Assembly: GCA_964386665.1 (NCBI GenBank)
Contig: CAYLQP010000002.1
Coordinates: 105 to 64,104, forward strand
From: an uncultured Candidatus Saccharibacteria bacterium
Lineage (GTDB): Bacteria; Patescibacteriota; Minisyncoccia; Phycocordibacterales; CAIRYW01
Direction: 5' to 3'
DNA: 64,000 nt
Under the pieces are notes generated by a model, which did not search any database, was not told the DNA's origin, and worked only from the letters and a program-made list of their open reading frames with translations. Below are positions 1 through 11,620 of this stretch, piece after piece. Position 1 is the first letter of the stretch; each line of letters begins with the position of its first letter. Made by a program: the position numbers and the translations under genes.

Positions 1-987
1 ATCCCACGCAATCACTTCTGCGCGAATAAATTTATCTTTAAAATCATTGTGAATTGCAGTTCCTGCGATCGGTGCAGTTGAATTCTTCTCGATTGTCCAG
101 GCTCTTGTTTCTACCTCCCCTGTTGTAAAGAATGTTTCAAGCCCAAGTAATGTGTATGCTTTTTGAATCAAAATATCGATTCCACCATCTTTGGCACCGA
201 GCTCTTCTTTAAAGAGCTTTTTTTCTTCACCGTCCATTTCTTTTAAGTCACTTTCCACTCCTGCGTCAATAATTGTATATACTGCTTTTTTTGATTCAAG
301 GAATTCAATAAGTGCGTCCCATTTGGCTCCACCAAGTTCATCCAAGTTTTTGCCCCCAGTTTTTTTGTTTAAGACGTACATAATCGGCTTCAGTGTAAGA
401 AGTGCAAGACTTTTGATTGAGTCTTTTTCTTCTTCCAAGAGGTCCACCTCGTGTGCAAGTATTTCTTTCAGAAGTGCATCTTTAATCTTTTCGAGTGCCT
501 CCTTTTCGATGACTGCTTTTTTGTTCCCTGCTCGCAAATCTTTTTCGATACTTCCAAGTCGTTTGTTTACTGTTTGAAGGTCTGCAAGAATAAGTTCAAG
601 ATTAATTACAGAAATATCTGAAATTGGGTCAATCTTCCCATCAACGTGAATAATATCGTTATCATCAAAAATACGGACCACCTGAGCGATTGCATTCACT
701 TCTCGAATATGAGAGAGAAATTGGTTTCCCAGCCCTTCTCCTTCACTTGCTCCTTTTACTAACCCTGCAATATCAACAAACTCAACAATTGCTGGAACGA
801 TTTTTGCTGTCTTGCTAAATTCTGCTAGTTTATAGAGCCTTTCATCTGGCACAGGTACAACCCCCACAGACGGATCAATAGTTGCAAAGGGATAATTAGC
901 TGCTAGTACACTTTTTTTTGTAAGCGCGTTAAAAAGCGTTGATTTACCAACGTTTGGAAGACCTACAATTCCGATTGATAGATTCAT
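1..987 (-). CDS. ychF: Ribosome-binding ATPase YchF (Obg-like ATPase), C-terminally truncated by the window edge
   Basis: The reverse-complement translation from ATG at 987 gives MNLSIGIVGLPNVGKSTLFNALTKK, the YchF G1/P-loop, followed by a G-domain and helical insert. The frame stays open to position 1. This ORF is not in the supplied track because it is incomplete. Confidence 0.85.
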   Translation of the reverse strand, partial: MNLSIGIVGLPNVGKSTLFNALTKKSVLAANYPFATIDPSVGVVPVPDERLYKLAEFSKTAKIVPAIVEFVDIAGLVKGASEGEGLGNQFLSHIREVNAIAQVVRIFDDNDIIHVDGKIDPISDISVINLELILADLQTVNKRLGSIEKDLRAGNKKAVIEKEALEKIKDALLKEILAHEVDLLEEEKDSIKSLALLTLKPIMYVLNKKTGGKNLDELGGAKWDALIEFLESKKAVYTIIDAGVESDLKEMDGEEKKLFKEELGAKDGGIDILIQKAYTLLGLETFFTTGEVETRAWTIEKNSTAPIAGTAIHNDFKDKFIRAEVIAWD

Positions 988-1015
988 AGGGCATACTATA
1001 TCAATTTAATGTGAT

Positions 1016-3058
<2,043 letters not shown>

Positions 3059-3065
3059 TCAAAAA

Positions 3066-3638
3066 CTAATAGAGTGTTCGAATCGCTCGTTCAAACCTAT
3101 TTGCTGCAGAAACATTACAAGTGCTGTATCCTCTTGATTCGATTTCAGTCGAAACGGTAACGTTGCTATCGTTGGATCTTTTAGTGATGTATACATCAAA
3201 ACAAATTGGGTTATTTTGTATATATGTACGCTCAACACGAATCACTGTTGTAGTATATTCAAAACCATTTACATCCACACCATCTGAATCAATTCCCATT
3301 GTTGCAGAAGGACCATTAATCCCTCCATTAATATTTAATATCACTCCATCAAACATATATGAATGATTTGATACATCACAGATACTGGTGCTTCCTGGTA
3401 ATGGAAAGATTCCATCTGGACAATCTTCTGTATTGTCTCCCCCTCTGTCTAGAAACAAAGCAAATTCAGTGCCCGTATCAGCTGCATAAAACGCTTTTTG
3501 AGATTCTCTTCCTGCTGAAGAAAGAGTGATTTGCTTGATAGTGATAGAAAGAATTGCAAGTCCAATCGCAAGAACAAGGCTCCCTACAAGCGATGCAAAG
3601 AGTACAGAAAATCCTTTTTGTGTATTTTTTTTATTCAT
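3066..3638 (-). CDS. Minor pilin-like protein (prepilin-type N-terminus lacking Glu5)
   Basis: The N-terminus MNKKNTQKGFSVLFASLVGSLVLAIGLAIL resembles a class III signal peptide but has no E at +5, as seen in GspK/PilX-type minor pilins. It is the last gene of the pilin cluster. Confidence 0.6.
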   Translation of the reverse strand: MNKKNTQKGFSVLFASLVGSLVLAIGLAILSITIKQITLSSAGRESQKAFYAADTGTEFALFLDRGGDNTEDCPDGIFPLPGSTSICDVSNHSYMFDGVILNINGGINGPSATMGIDSDGVDVNGFEYTTTVIRVERTYIQNNPICFDVYITKRSNDSNVTVSTEIESRGYSTCNVSAANRFERAIRTLY

Positions 3639-3640
3639 AA

Positions 3641-4237
3641 TTATTGATTCCAGTTAAATATACGTTCTCGAAGGACAAATGATTTGGTAGATGAAAAAAG
3701 TGTTCCTGTTTGCCACGAGACCGTTGTTTCAACAAGCGCTGATGCTGATGTTGCGATATTAGCATTATCTAAGGTCACCTTTACTTTTCGTCTAAACTTC
3801 GACTGAGGATAAGTTAATCCAACAGAAAAGATTGCAGTCGTATCATTGTACTCAAGTGTAGGACATAACGATGATGGAAGATTTGCACAAGAGGAAACAC
3901 TTCCAAAATCAGAAAATGCGTACCCATTGAGTATATTTACTGGGTTAATAGAACAGCCCGCATCTGAAAAACAAGAATTATCAAGACTATCAAGCCATAA
4001 ACTTGGCGTTCCATTAATGTCTTGAATATAATTTGTATCACGAAGATTACGTACAAACTCAAGCCCTTCTTGAGCAAGATAATAAGCCGAAATCTCATCT
4101 CGTGCATAAAAAGCTGAAAACATTCCTTTTGATGCAATTTCAAGAGGTCCGACAATCGACAAAAGCAATATTGAGATTGCAACAAGTGTTTCAATAAGAG
4201 TAAAACCTTTTTTTTGTTTAAATGTGTGTAAAGTCAT
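3641..4237 (-). CDS. Type IV pilin / pseudopilin-like protein (prepilin N-terminal cleavage/methylation domain)
   Basis: The N-terminus KQKKGFTLIETLVAISILLL matches the canonical G|FTLIE prepilin motif followed by a hydrophobic helix. Confidence 0.8.
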   Translation of the reverse strand: MTLHTFKQKKGFTLIETLVAISILLLSIVGPLEIASKGMFSAFYARDEISAYYLAQEGLEFVRNLRDTNYIQDINGTPSLWLDSLDNSCFSDAGCSINPVNILNGYAFSDFGSVSSCANLPSSLCPTLEYNDTTAIFSVGLTYPQSKFRRKVKVTLDNANIATSASALVETTVSWQTGTLFSSTKSFVLRERIFNWNQ

Positions 4238-4794
4238 TAGATTCGAAGATTTAGTAATCGTTGTGAAATAAGTGTCTGGATATTAAACTGACTTTCTTTG
4301 CCGCCTACCATTGCGGTTCCTTTAAGCACCATTAATACAAGAGGTTGTTTAGTATCATCATTAATCCCTACAGCATAAAACTTAAGTATTTCAATATTCA
4401 CATCATCAGAAGTGATTTGCAAAAAACTACTACCCCCATCTACTGATTTTTGAATTGAATTATTTTTAAGTTCATATACAACAGCTACGGGTGCACCAGA
4501 GATATCTTGATTAATCTGCTTTGACTTAAAGGCAAATGAAGTACATTCATCTCCTGTCCCACACTCATAGTCATACCCTGTTCGCATTTCTCGAACCATT
4601 GACTCAACCGCAAGGTTCAAGTTGTTAATAACATTATGAAGTGCCTGAGCTTTTTTGTTTGCCCCTACAATTGAAATAATTGCCCCAAGTGCCACCATCA
4701 TTACAAGTGAAAAGATCCCTACCGCAACAATCACCTCGATGAGAGTAAATCCTTTCTTGTTATCTTTTTTTTGTTTTATTTTACATACATTCAT
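4237..4794 (-). CDS. Type IV pilin / pseudopilin-like protein
   Basis: KKDNKKGFTLIEVIVAVGIFSLV is a prepilin motif. The track ORF (to 4842) has a 16-aa N-terminal extension. I place the start at the Met of MNVCKIKQKKDNKKGFTLIE. Confidence 0.75.
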   Translation of the reverse strand: MNVCKIKQKKDNKKGFTLIEVIVAVGIFSLVMMVALGAIISIVGANKKAQALHNVINNLNLAVESMVREMRTGYDYECGTGDECTSFAFKSKQINQDISGAPVAVVYELKNNSIQKSVDGGSSFLQITSDDVNIEILKFYAVGINDDTKQPLVLMVLKGTAMVGGKESQFNIQTLISQRLLNLRI

Positions 4795-4807
4795 ATAACA
4801 TTTTTTA

Positions 4808-5467
4808 TTACAAAGACTCACATCCTGTTGAACCAGCAGCAACTGGAACCACGCTGATTTGTCCTACCGTATTTACAACCACAGTTCGACACTTGTCTCC
4901 AAGTGAAGATTGAATCATAATCTTTGCTTCATTGTAGTGCTTTACAACACCATTTGATGTTCGTCCTGAAAGAATAGCATTAAGACTTGGTTTTACGAAA
5001 GCAATATCAAATCTATTGATTTCACCACTTCTAATACACTCGACTTCATCTGGACTTGCGGTTGTATCAACACCACAAAAATCAAGAAGTTTCTGCTCAC
5101 GGTTCAAGACGATGGTACTTACTATATTGTATTTAACAGGATCCGCGGCATTAAACAACGAATCATACGTTCCATCAGTATTTGGACTTTCTGAATAGAG
5201 AAGAAACTGCGACGCATCACTCGAAAAATAAACACCAAAACTTCTTTTACGATCACTTGGATTTGCATTTAATTTTGATCCTACTCCGTAGGTCTGAGCC
5301 TCACGAACCGCAAGAGCAATTTCATACGCCGTGTTCGTAATCAAAATATCACTCGAAAATTTAGACTGTCGAAACAGTGTTACTCCAGAGATAATCAAAA
5401 AAATAGAAACAACAACAAGTAACTCTACAAGCGAAAAACCTTTTGTTGTTTTTTTATAACGTCTCAT
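4808..5467 (-). CDS. Type IV pilin / pseudopilin-like protein
   Basis: The N-terminus MRRYKKTTKGFSLVELLVVVSIFLII has the prepilin G|FSLVE motif. Confidence 0.8.
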   Translation of the reverse strand: MRRYKKTTKGFSLVELLVVVSIFLIISGVTLFRQSKFSSDILITNTAYEIALAVREAQTYGVGSKLNANPSDRKRSFGVYFSSDASQFLLYSESPNTDGTYDSLFNAADPVKYNIVSTIVLNREQKLLDFCGVDTTASPDEVECIRSGEINRFDIAFVKPSLNAILSGRTSNGVVKHYNEAKIMIQSSLGDKCRTVVVNTVGQISVVPVAAGSTGCESL

Positions 5468-5471
5468 ATAA

Positions 5472-6287
5472 TTAATTTAAAAAGAGCTGAATCCATAAAT
5501 CAATATTGAAAATATCAGGTTGTATCAAGAAAGAAATAAATGTTCCCAAAATCAAAAATGGTGCAAGTGGGATTTCACTTTTCATTGTCAGTTGTTTACG
5601 AGCACGAGCTTTTTGAAGCAACATAAGCGTCACACTCCAAATTGCACCTGCCCAAATACCAATAATAACCGCAGAAAGTCCTCCAGCAAGACCAAGAAGC
5701 CAACCAATTCCTACTGCAAGTTTAGCATCGCCAAGTCCCATCCACGCACCACCCGACAAAAACCATACAAGAAAAAAAGGAAGAAAAAGAAAAGGTCCTG
5801 CTATCAAATGAAGAAGACTTTCTACACTTGCATACTGTCCTGCAAAAGTAACGAGATAATACACAAAACCTAAACAACCAAATGTAAACGAAAGACTATC
5901 TGGAATTATTTTGTGTTTTGCATCATAGAGTGAAATGACAATCAGTACTGAAAACACAGTGCCAAAAAACAAGAAGTAAGAAATATTTTCTGCAACAAGA
6001 GCAGTGAGTCCAAACATAAGTCCTGTACCAAGCTCCACGAGCGGATAACGCCACGAAATAGGAGTTTTGCATTTATAACACTTACCTTTCAAGAACAAGA
6101 AACTGAACAAAGGAATAAGCTCAAGAGCGGTTAATACCTTTCCACAAGAAAAACACATTGATCTTCCTTTTGTTACTTTACGAATCCCAAACCGAAGCGC
6201 AACAACATTAAGAAAGCTCCCTATAATGAGTCCGAAAACAAACGCAAAGAAAAATGAAAGACTTTCCATTTCTTTATTATACACCAA
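5472..6287 (-). CDS. pilD: Prepilin peptidase (A24 family, PilD-like)
   Basis: It is a polytopic membrane protein with an N-terminal CxxC...CxxC zinc-binding pair (CFSCG...CYKCK) and a GLGDAKL motif typical of A24 peptidases. It is embedded among the pilin genes. Confidence 0.85.
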   Translation of the reverse strand: MVYNKEMESLSFFFAFVFGLIIGSFLNVVALRFGIRKVTKGRSMCFSCGKVLTALELIPLFSFLFLKGKCYKCKTPISWRYPLVELGTGLMFGLTALVAENISYFLFFGTVFSVLIVISLYDAKHKIIPDSLSFTFGCLGFVYYLVTFAGQYASVESLLHLIAGPFLFLPFFLVWFLSGGAWMGLGDAKLAVGIGWLLGLAGGLSAVIIGIWAGAIWSVTLMLLQKARARKQLTMKSEIPLAPFLILGTFISFLIQPDIFNIDLWIQLFLN

Positions 6288-6310
6288 AAGAAATATAAAA
6301 GACTAGTCTT

Positions 6311-6736
6311 TTATAGAGGTCCTTGTATGATATATCGCTTTGGTTCACTTGAACCACTAATCGATGTGGTACAGCTACCAGAACTTTGAAGTGTCTCAAG
6401 GACCGCAAGGAGACAGTATCCTTTTGGAGTTGGAGGTGTGGCGTTTATTTTGACATACATATAATCAAGGCCAGTTTTCGGGTCTTTTGGCAAGATACCA
6501 TCAAATGATCCTTTGATGTCATTTAAACTATTTGGAAAAGTCCCATTCTCTTCAAAATACAACTGGACTGCATCCTTGATGGAATTTAATTCACTCACTC
6601 GCCTTGCATCACGAACCTTCAATTTGTGTGAAGATGAACTATTGATCCCAATAGTTACCAACACCCCAATAACCGAAACCGTAACAAGTAACTCCATCAA
6701 TGTAAACGCTCGTCTATATCTATTTGTTTGATTCAT
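6311..6736 (-). CDS. Major type IV pilin / GspG-like pseudopilin
   Basis: RRAFTLMELLVTVSVIGVLVTIG is a prepilin motif. The DARRVSELNSIKDAVQLYFEENGTFP segment is typical of GspG/PilA-type pilins. The gene overlaps obg by 17 nt. Confidence 0.8.
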   Translation of the reverse strand: MNQTNRYRRAFTLMELLVTVSVIGVLVTIGINSSSSHKLKVRDARRVSELNSIKDAVQLYFEENGTFPNSLNDIKGSFDGILPKDPKTGLDYMYVKINATPPTPKGYCLLAVLETLQSSGSCTTSISGSSEPKRYIIQGPL

Positions 6737-7706
6737 ACTCTTCTCTTAAAATTTTAACTAACTTATCTTTACATTCTTTTATTGATTCATCATCAAGCAG
6801 AGTAAGTGACCATACATCAGAAGAACAGGAACTAAGTGCTTTTTTTTGTTTTAGTACAACCGATTCATCAACCATATCTGTTTTTGTAAGAATAATGATT
6901 TCTCTTTTTGCTGCCAATTCAGGATCATATTTCTTAAGTTCGTTTCGCACAACACTATACACTTCAACTACGTTTTCATTTTCAAGTGAAATCAAATGCG
7001 CGACCATTTTTGTTCGTTTGATATGTCGAAGAAACTTATGCCCAAGCCCCTTTCCATCACTTGCCCCTTCAATAAGCCCTGGAATGTCAGCGAGGATAAA
7101 TTCATAAAGTGCACCAAGGTTTGGTTCAAGAGTGGTAAACTCATATCCACCCACCTTTGCCGCTGCGTTAGTAACTGCATTCAAAAACGAACTCTTGCCC
7201 GCATTTGGAAGTCCTATAAGCCCAATATCTGCAAACATCTCAAGCTCAATTCGAAATGTAGATTCTTCACCAGGTTGACCATTCGTTGATTCTTCAGGAG
7301 TTTGATTTGTTGAACTTTTAAAATGAGTATTTCCAAGTCCATTTCGTCCTCCTTTCAAAATAAGTTCTTGCTGATCAAGATGATCAAGAGAAAAACGTTC
7401 TCGTGTTTCAAGATTGGTAATTACTGCACCTACGGGAAGATCAATGATCAAGTCCTCACCGTTTTTTCCGTGACAGTTATCACGAAATCCTGGCTCCCCA
7501 TTTGGAGCCTCGAAACTCTTTTTGTTTTTGTAGTGATACAAGATACCAACATCAGAAACAGCTCTAATATAGACATCACCTCCTTTACCTCCGTTTCCAC
7601 CAGATGGTCCACCAAACTCCTTTCCCTTTTCATGAAGAAATCGCACGACTCCATCTCCACCATTTCCTGCTTTTATAGATACTTCTAGTTCATCAATGAG
7701 TGCCAT
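6720..7706 (-). CDS. obg: GTPase Obg/CgtA
   Basis: It has an N-terminal glycine-rich Obg fold (GNGGDGVVRF...GGNGGKGGDVY) and a G domain (GLPNAGKSSFLNAV). Confidence 0.93.
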   Translation of the reverse strand: MALIDELEVSIKAGNGGDGVVRFLHEKGKEFGGPSGGNGGKGGDVYIRAVSDVGILYHYKNKKSFEAPNGEPGFRDNCHGKNGEDLIIDLPVGAVITNLETRERFSLDHLDQQELILKGGRNGLGNTHFKSSTNQTPEESTNGQPGEESTFRIELEMFADIGLIGLPNAGKSSFLNAVTNAAAKVGGYEFTTLEPNLGALYEFILADIPGLIEGASDGKGLGHKFLRHIKRTKMVAHLISLENENVVEVYSVVRNELKKYDPELAAKREIIILTKTDMVDESVVLKQKKALSSCSSDVWSLTLLDDESIKECKDKLVKILREEYESNK

Positions 7707-7710
7707 ATAT

Positions 7711-8592
7711 TTATTCTTTTAAAGCTTGTTCTAATAATGTAAGTATACCCTCTTTTGTTTTTGTACTCGCAACAAATCGAGCGTTATGACAGAACAGTGC
7801 ATCTTTTACCCCTGTTACTTCTTGGAGTTCCTCGTTACTCTTTCCGGACCACGCAAGAGGAAGATCTTTTCGATTTTCGAAAGAAGATGAATCTTTCCTA
7901 ACAGCTCGAAGTGACCACGTCTCTTCTCTTGGAACAACAACAAATAAAAGCTCTGGGAAGTCTTTTGTGTATTGTTGCCAGATATAACGACTTATTTCTT
8001 TTTCTAAAACTACATATCGAGAGTCAGGACTTTTTTTAACTTCATCAAGAAAATACTCCTTAAAAGCAAGCGCTTCTTTTGTACCAGCAATTTCTCTTTC
8101 AATAAGCAACTTTGCAAAATCAACTGCCTTTAAAAATTCTTTATCGTATGTTTTGTCTACCTCAAAAGAAGTTGGGTTCATCGCCCCAATAACTGATGAG
8201 AGGTTATAATCAGAGACATCTTCAACAAGAGATTTGGATATACTTTTTCCGCTATCAATCGCATCAATTGGCATCACAAGCTTCTTTTCAATAACAGACG
8301 CTATATCATCTCCCCCACAAAGACTACTTCCAAATTTCTTCCATACGAGACCAAATGATGCATACGGAATCCCATTTTCTCTTGTGAGCGCACCTCCTTT
8401 TTGGTGATGGTCAAATCGATTTTTTTCTTCATCATACGTAAGCCCCACGTCAAGCACAATATCTGCATTCGATATTATCTGAGGATCTCTTGTTCGAATA
8501 ATCGAGGCACCTTTAAAAAGCAAAAGAAGTGTTGCACACGCAAACACATCGTCTGCGTGAAAACTATGATTATGGGTAACAATTGTGTTCAT
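7711..8592 (-). CDS. MYG1/UPF0160 family metal-dependent hydrolase
   Basis: IVTHNHSFHADDVFA, IRTRDP, DIVLDVGLTYD...RFDHHQ and a C-terminal ALFCHNARFVAS segment match the MYG1 family signature blocks in the same order. Confidence 0.8.
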   Translation of the reverse strand: MNTIVTHNHSFHADDVFACATLLLLFKGASIIRTRDPQIISNADIVLDVGLTYDEEKNRFDHHQKGGALTRENGIPYASFGLVWKKFGSSLCGGDDIASVIEKKLVMPIDAIDSGKSISKSLVEDVSDYNLSSVIGAMNPTSFEVDKTYDKEFLKAVDFAKLLIEREIAGTKEALAFKEYFLDEVKKSPDSRYVVLEKEISRYIWQQYTKDFPELLFVVVPREETWSLRAVRKDSSSFENRKDLPLAWSGKSNEELQEVTGVKDALFCHNARFVASTKTKEGILTLLEQALKE

Positions 8593-8822
8593 TGCAGTTC
8601 TTTTAATAAGTTATCAAAACTATCTGTATTCAGTTCTGAAGGTATATCAAAACTTGCGTACGAATCCAAAAACTTAGGTACCGCAACAATAAGTCCCAAC
8701 AGAGGTAAGACAAAAAGAGCAATCGTCACCCAAAATGTCCAAAGAAAATAACTCTTCATCTTTTTGACATCTGCCTGAATAGCATCTATCTTTGTTTCTA
8801 AATTTTTTATTTGTTCTTCCAT
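8589..8822 (-). CDS. Small membrane protein (hypothetical)
   Basis: 77 aa with an amphipathic N-terminus and one TM helix (FLWTFWVTIALFVLPLLGLIVAV). It is 4-nt coupled to the MYG1-like gene. Confidence 0.5.
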   Translation of the reverse strand: MEEQIKNLETKIDAIQADVKKMKSYFLWTFWVTIALFVLPLLGLIVAVPKFLDSYASFDIPSELNTDSFDNLLKELQ

Positions 8823-8828
8823 ATGTTA

Positions 8829-9641
8829 TTAATCTAATTTTAATAGTCTTCCTTCCTTTTTAACTTTTTTGAACATATGACTGAAAAACCATAACATACA
8901 GAGTAAATAGATGAGTACAGAAATAATCCCTTTTATCATCAATCCATAATGAACTACTCCCGTTTCAAGTGAAGCTCGCATTCCTTCGAATACATACGTA
9001 GATGGAATTAAATAAGAGATCCATGCAAATGAAGCAGGAAGCGCTGATACTGGATAAAATACAGCTGAAAATGGTTGAATCAAAAACACAAGTCCAAATG
9101 CTAAAATTTGTGCCGATGTCCCAAATCTTAAAATTATCGACATATTAAACACTCCAAGTGAAAATCCAAATATAAGTAATATAATCATATACGGAATTAA
9201 ACTCAACCCAAGTGAGAAAATACTGAAATGATACAACAATACAGACAATAGTGTCATAACTCCCACTACCCCGACAATTCTAATAATTCCTAATATCACC
9301 GTAGACATCAAAAATTCTCCAACTGTAAGTGGTGTCACAAATAGATTCAAAAAATTTCTCTCCCACACATCCTCCAAAAAAGTAATCGCAACTGCATTTT
9401 GCATTCTTTGCAATATCTCCCATAAAATAATAGCACCAAGTAAAACCGATACCACGTTTACAGACCCAAGATTTAGTTTACCTAAATAAACCGACAAAAA
9501 CCCCCACATCAAAATTGATACAACAGGCCAAAAAAATACGTCCATTAATCGAGGTAGACTTCTTTTATAGAGATATAAATGTCTTATAGTGAGTGCTTTA
9601 ATTCTATGTATGTTCATATAGGTAAGATTATTCTCGAGCAA
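8829..9641 (-). CDS. ABC-2 type transporter permease
   Basis: About six TM helices. It overlaps the upstream ATPase gene, which indicates an operon. Confidence 0.75.
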   Translation of the reverse strand: MLENNLTYMNIHRIKALTIRHLYLYKRSLPRLMDVFFWPVVSILMWGFLSVYLGKLNLGSVNVVSVLLGAIILWEILQRMQNAVAITFLEDVWERNFLNLFVTPLTVGEFLMSTVILGIIRIVGVVGVMTLLSVLLYHFSIFSLGLSLIPYMIILLIFGFSLGVFNMSIILRFGTSAQILAFGLVFLIQPFSAVFYPVSALPASFAWISYLIPSTYVFEGMRASLETGVVHYGLMIKGIISVLIYLLCMLWFFSHMFKKVKKEGRLLKLD

Positions 9642-10350
9642 TTTCTAAAAATACTTCATTTAAATCTTTGTGACCAAATTTCTTTATTAATTCATCAGGA
9701 GTTCCCTCTTCCCGTATTTTTCCTTTATTAATAAATATCACATGATCACAAATTTCTTCAATTTCTTGCATATTATGAGATGTGTATAGAATAGTTACGT
9801 TTCTTTCCATCTGAATCTTCTTAAGCATCTTACGAGTCTTATCTGCGATATCGGGATCAAGTGAAGCTGTTGCTTCATCTAGAAGTAACAGCTCAGGATC
9901 ATTTAAAAACGCTTTTGTTAAATTTACTCTCGTGAGTTGACCAGTTGATAAAGAGGGAGTTTTTCGGAAAAGCAAATCTTCGACTTCAAAATATCTTGCA
10001 GTTTCTTTTATTTTTGCCTCTGGATGTTTAACGCCATATAGTCGAGCAAAGGTAAGTAAATTTTCCATAACGGTTAAACTCATTGGAAGTGACACGTATG
10101 GTGAAGAAAAATTGATTCGAGAAAGAATCTCTTCTCGATGATCAGTGAGCGATAAGCCAAATACCTTTATTTCACCACTGGTTGGTGTAATCAAATTTAA
10201 AAGCATTTGAATTGTAGTTGTCTTTCCCGCTCCATTTGGTCCTAAAAGAGCTGTGATTTTCCCTTTCTCTATTTTTAAATTGAGATCCGATACAGCACAA
10301 AAACCACCGAATTCTTTAGTAAGATTTTTTGTTTCAATCGCAAAAACCAT
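9628..10350 (-). CDS. ABC transporter ATP-binding protein
   Basis: It has Walker A (GPNGAGKTT), an ABC signature variant (LSTGQLTRV) and Walker B (LLLLDEATASLD). Confidence 0.9.
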   Translation of the reverse strand: MVFAIETKNLTKEFGGFCAVSDLNLKIEKGKITALLGPNGAGKTTTIQMLLNLITPTSGEIKVFGLSLTDHREEILSRINFSSPYVSLPMSLTVMENLLTFARLYGVKHPEAKIKETARYFEVEDLLFRKTPSLSTGQLTRVNLTKAFLNDPELLLLDEATASLDPDIADKTRKMLKKIQMERNVTILYTSHNMQEIEEICDHVIFINKGKIREEGTPDELIKKFGHKDLNEVFLEIARE

Positions 10351-10352
10351 AT

Positions 10353-11411
10353 CTAAGATTTATAATCTTTGATAATGATTGTCTTATAAATATCAAGAAG
10401 CGCAAACAAGAAACTCAGAGCAATAGGACCCAAAAGAAATCCAATCACTCCAAAGTATCCGATTCCTCCAAGTGCAGAAAGCAGTATAAGAAATGGATGA
10501 ATCTTCATCCCCTTTTCAACAAAGAGTGGTCCCAAGATATTATCCACCAACCCAATCGCGACAATTCCCCACGCAAGAAGCCCGAGCCCTGCCCCAAGAC
10601 TTCCCACAAAGAAAAGATACAAGATTGCTGGAAAGACTACGATTGCGGTTCCCACTCCTGGAATAAGTGCCGCAAGGATTGCGATACTTCCCCACAAAAA
10701 TGGAGATGGGATACCGAAGATAGAAAACCCAATAATAGTAAGCACCCCTTGAATTAATGCAACCAAGATAGAACCTTTTACAATAGACAATACTGCAATG
10801 TGTAGTTTATGCAAAATAGTTTCATCACGCTCATCTTTAAAAGGACTGATATCAATGAGTTCTGTTTTAAACTTTTTACCATCCTTAATAAAATAATACA
10901 GTGCAACAAGAAACATAAATATATTTACAAAAAGCTTTGCAAGACCAGAAAAGATATCACCGAAGTTTCCTCGAAGCCAAGAAAGAAAAGTTAAAACATA
11001 ATTCTCTGTATCAACTGCGTCAAATACAGGAAACTGGAATCCAAACGGTGAAAATCGAGAAAGTAGTCCATTAAACGCATCCGTGAGGCGCCCAATAAAT
11101 CCTATACCTTCGCTTCCCAAAAAGACATAGTCATACAATTGTTTTACTTCATCAGAGAGTTGAATACCGAAGAGAATTATAGGAATCAACACCACAATCA
11201 CAATTACCAAAACAGTTACACTTGCCGAAAGACTGTGGTGCTTTGGCATCATACGTTCTATTCGTCTATGCACTGGTCCAAATACAACAGCAAAAAGGAG
11301 TGCCACAATTATTGCATAGAGGTATGGAGAAAAGACCGAAAACACGACATAAAAAGCAAATGCAAGGAGAATAAAAAATAAATAGATTTCAAGTTTTCGT
11401 TCGTGCATCAT
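10353..11411 (-). CDS. AI-2E family transporter (PerM/UPF0118)
   Basis: Eight predicted TM helices with the typical AI-2E layout of TM core plus cytoplasmic loop. It is the last gene of a minus-strand string that runs from 11411 down to position 1. Confidence 0.7.
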   Translation of the reverse strand: MMHERKLEIYLFFILLAFAFYVVFSVFSPYLYAIIVALLFAVVFGPVHRRIERMMPKHHSLSASVTVLVIVIVVLIPIILFGIQLSDEVKQLYDYVFLGSEGIGFIGRLTDAFNGLLSRFSPFGFQFPVFDAVDTENYVLTFLSWLRGNFGDIFSGLAKLFVNIFMFLVALYYFIKDGKKFKTELIDISPFKDERDETILHKLHIAVLSIVKGSILVALIQGVLTIIGFSIFGIPSPFLWGSIAILAALIPGVGTAIVVFPAILYLFFVGSLGAGLGLLAWGIVAIGLVDNILGPLFVEKGMKIHPFLILLSALGGIGYFGVIGFLLGPIALSFLFALLDIYKTIIIKDYKS

Positions 11412-11620
11412 ATGGTTTTAGTATACTGTACAATCCCATTAACGTAAAGCAGTATCTGCCTCCCTCGTTTTCACCCCAACATCAAAAAAGAGATTCGAGA
11501 CCCTGGATAAGGCTTTTTATATTCAATATTCTCTACTCTATTGTTCTTTTACCTCTTATCCCCAAACTGCCCACAGCTTATCAAGCATTGCAACTTCCCA
11601 CACAGACGTAACGTGGTAAA

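Noticed and set aside
191-577. 128-aa + strand ORF (Ser-rich)
   Set aside because: It lies antisense inside the ychF coding region and is low-complexity. A well-supported YchF reads on the opposite strand.
5520-5873. 117-aa Lys-rich + strand ORF
   Set aside because: It is antisense within the prepilin peptidase gene and is a low-complexity K/T-rich translation.
11412-11620. Possible oriC or DnaA boxes upstream of dnaB
   Set aside because: I found only imperfect TTATCCCCA-like matches and no cluster of consensus boxes or AT-rich DNA-unwinding element. The evidence is insufficient.
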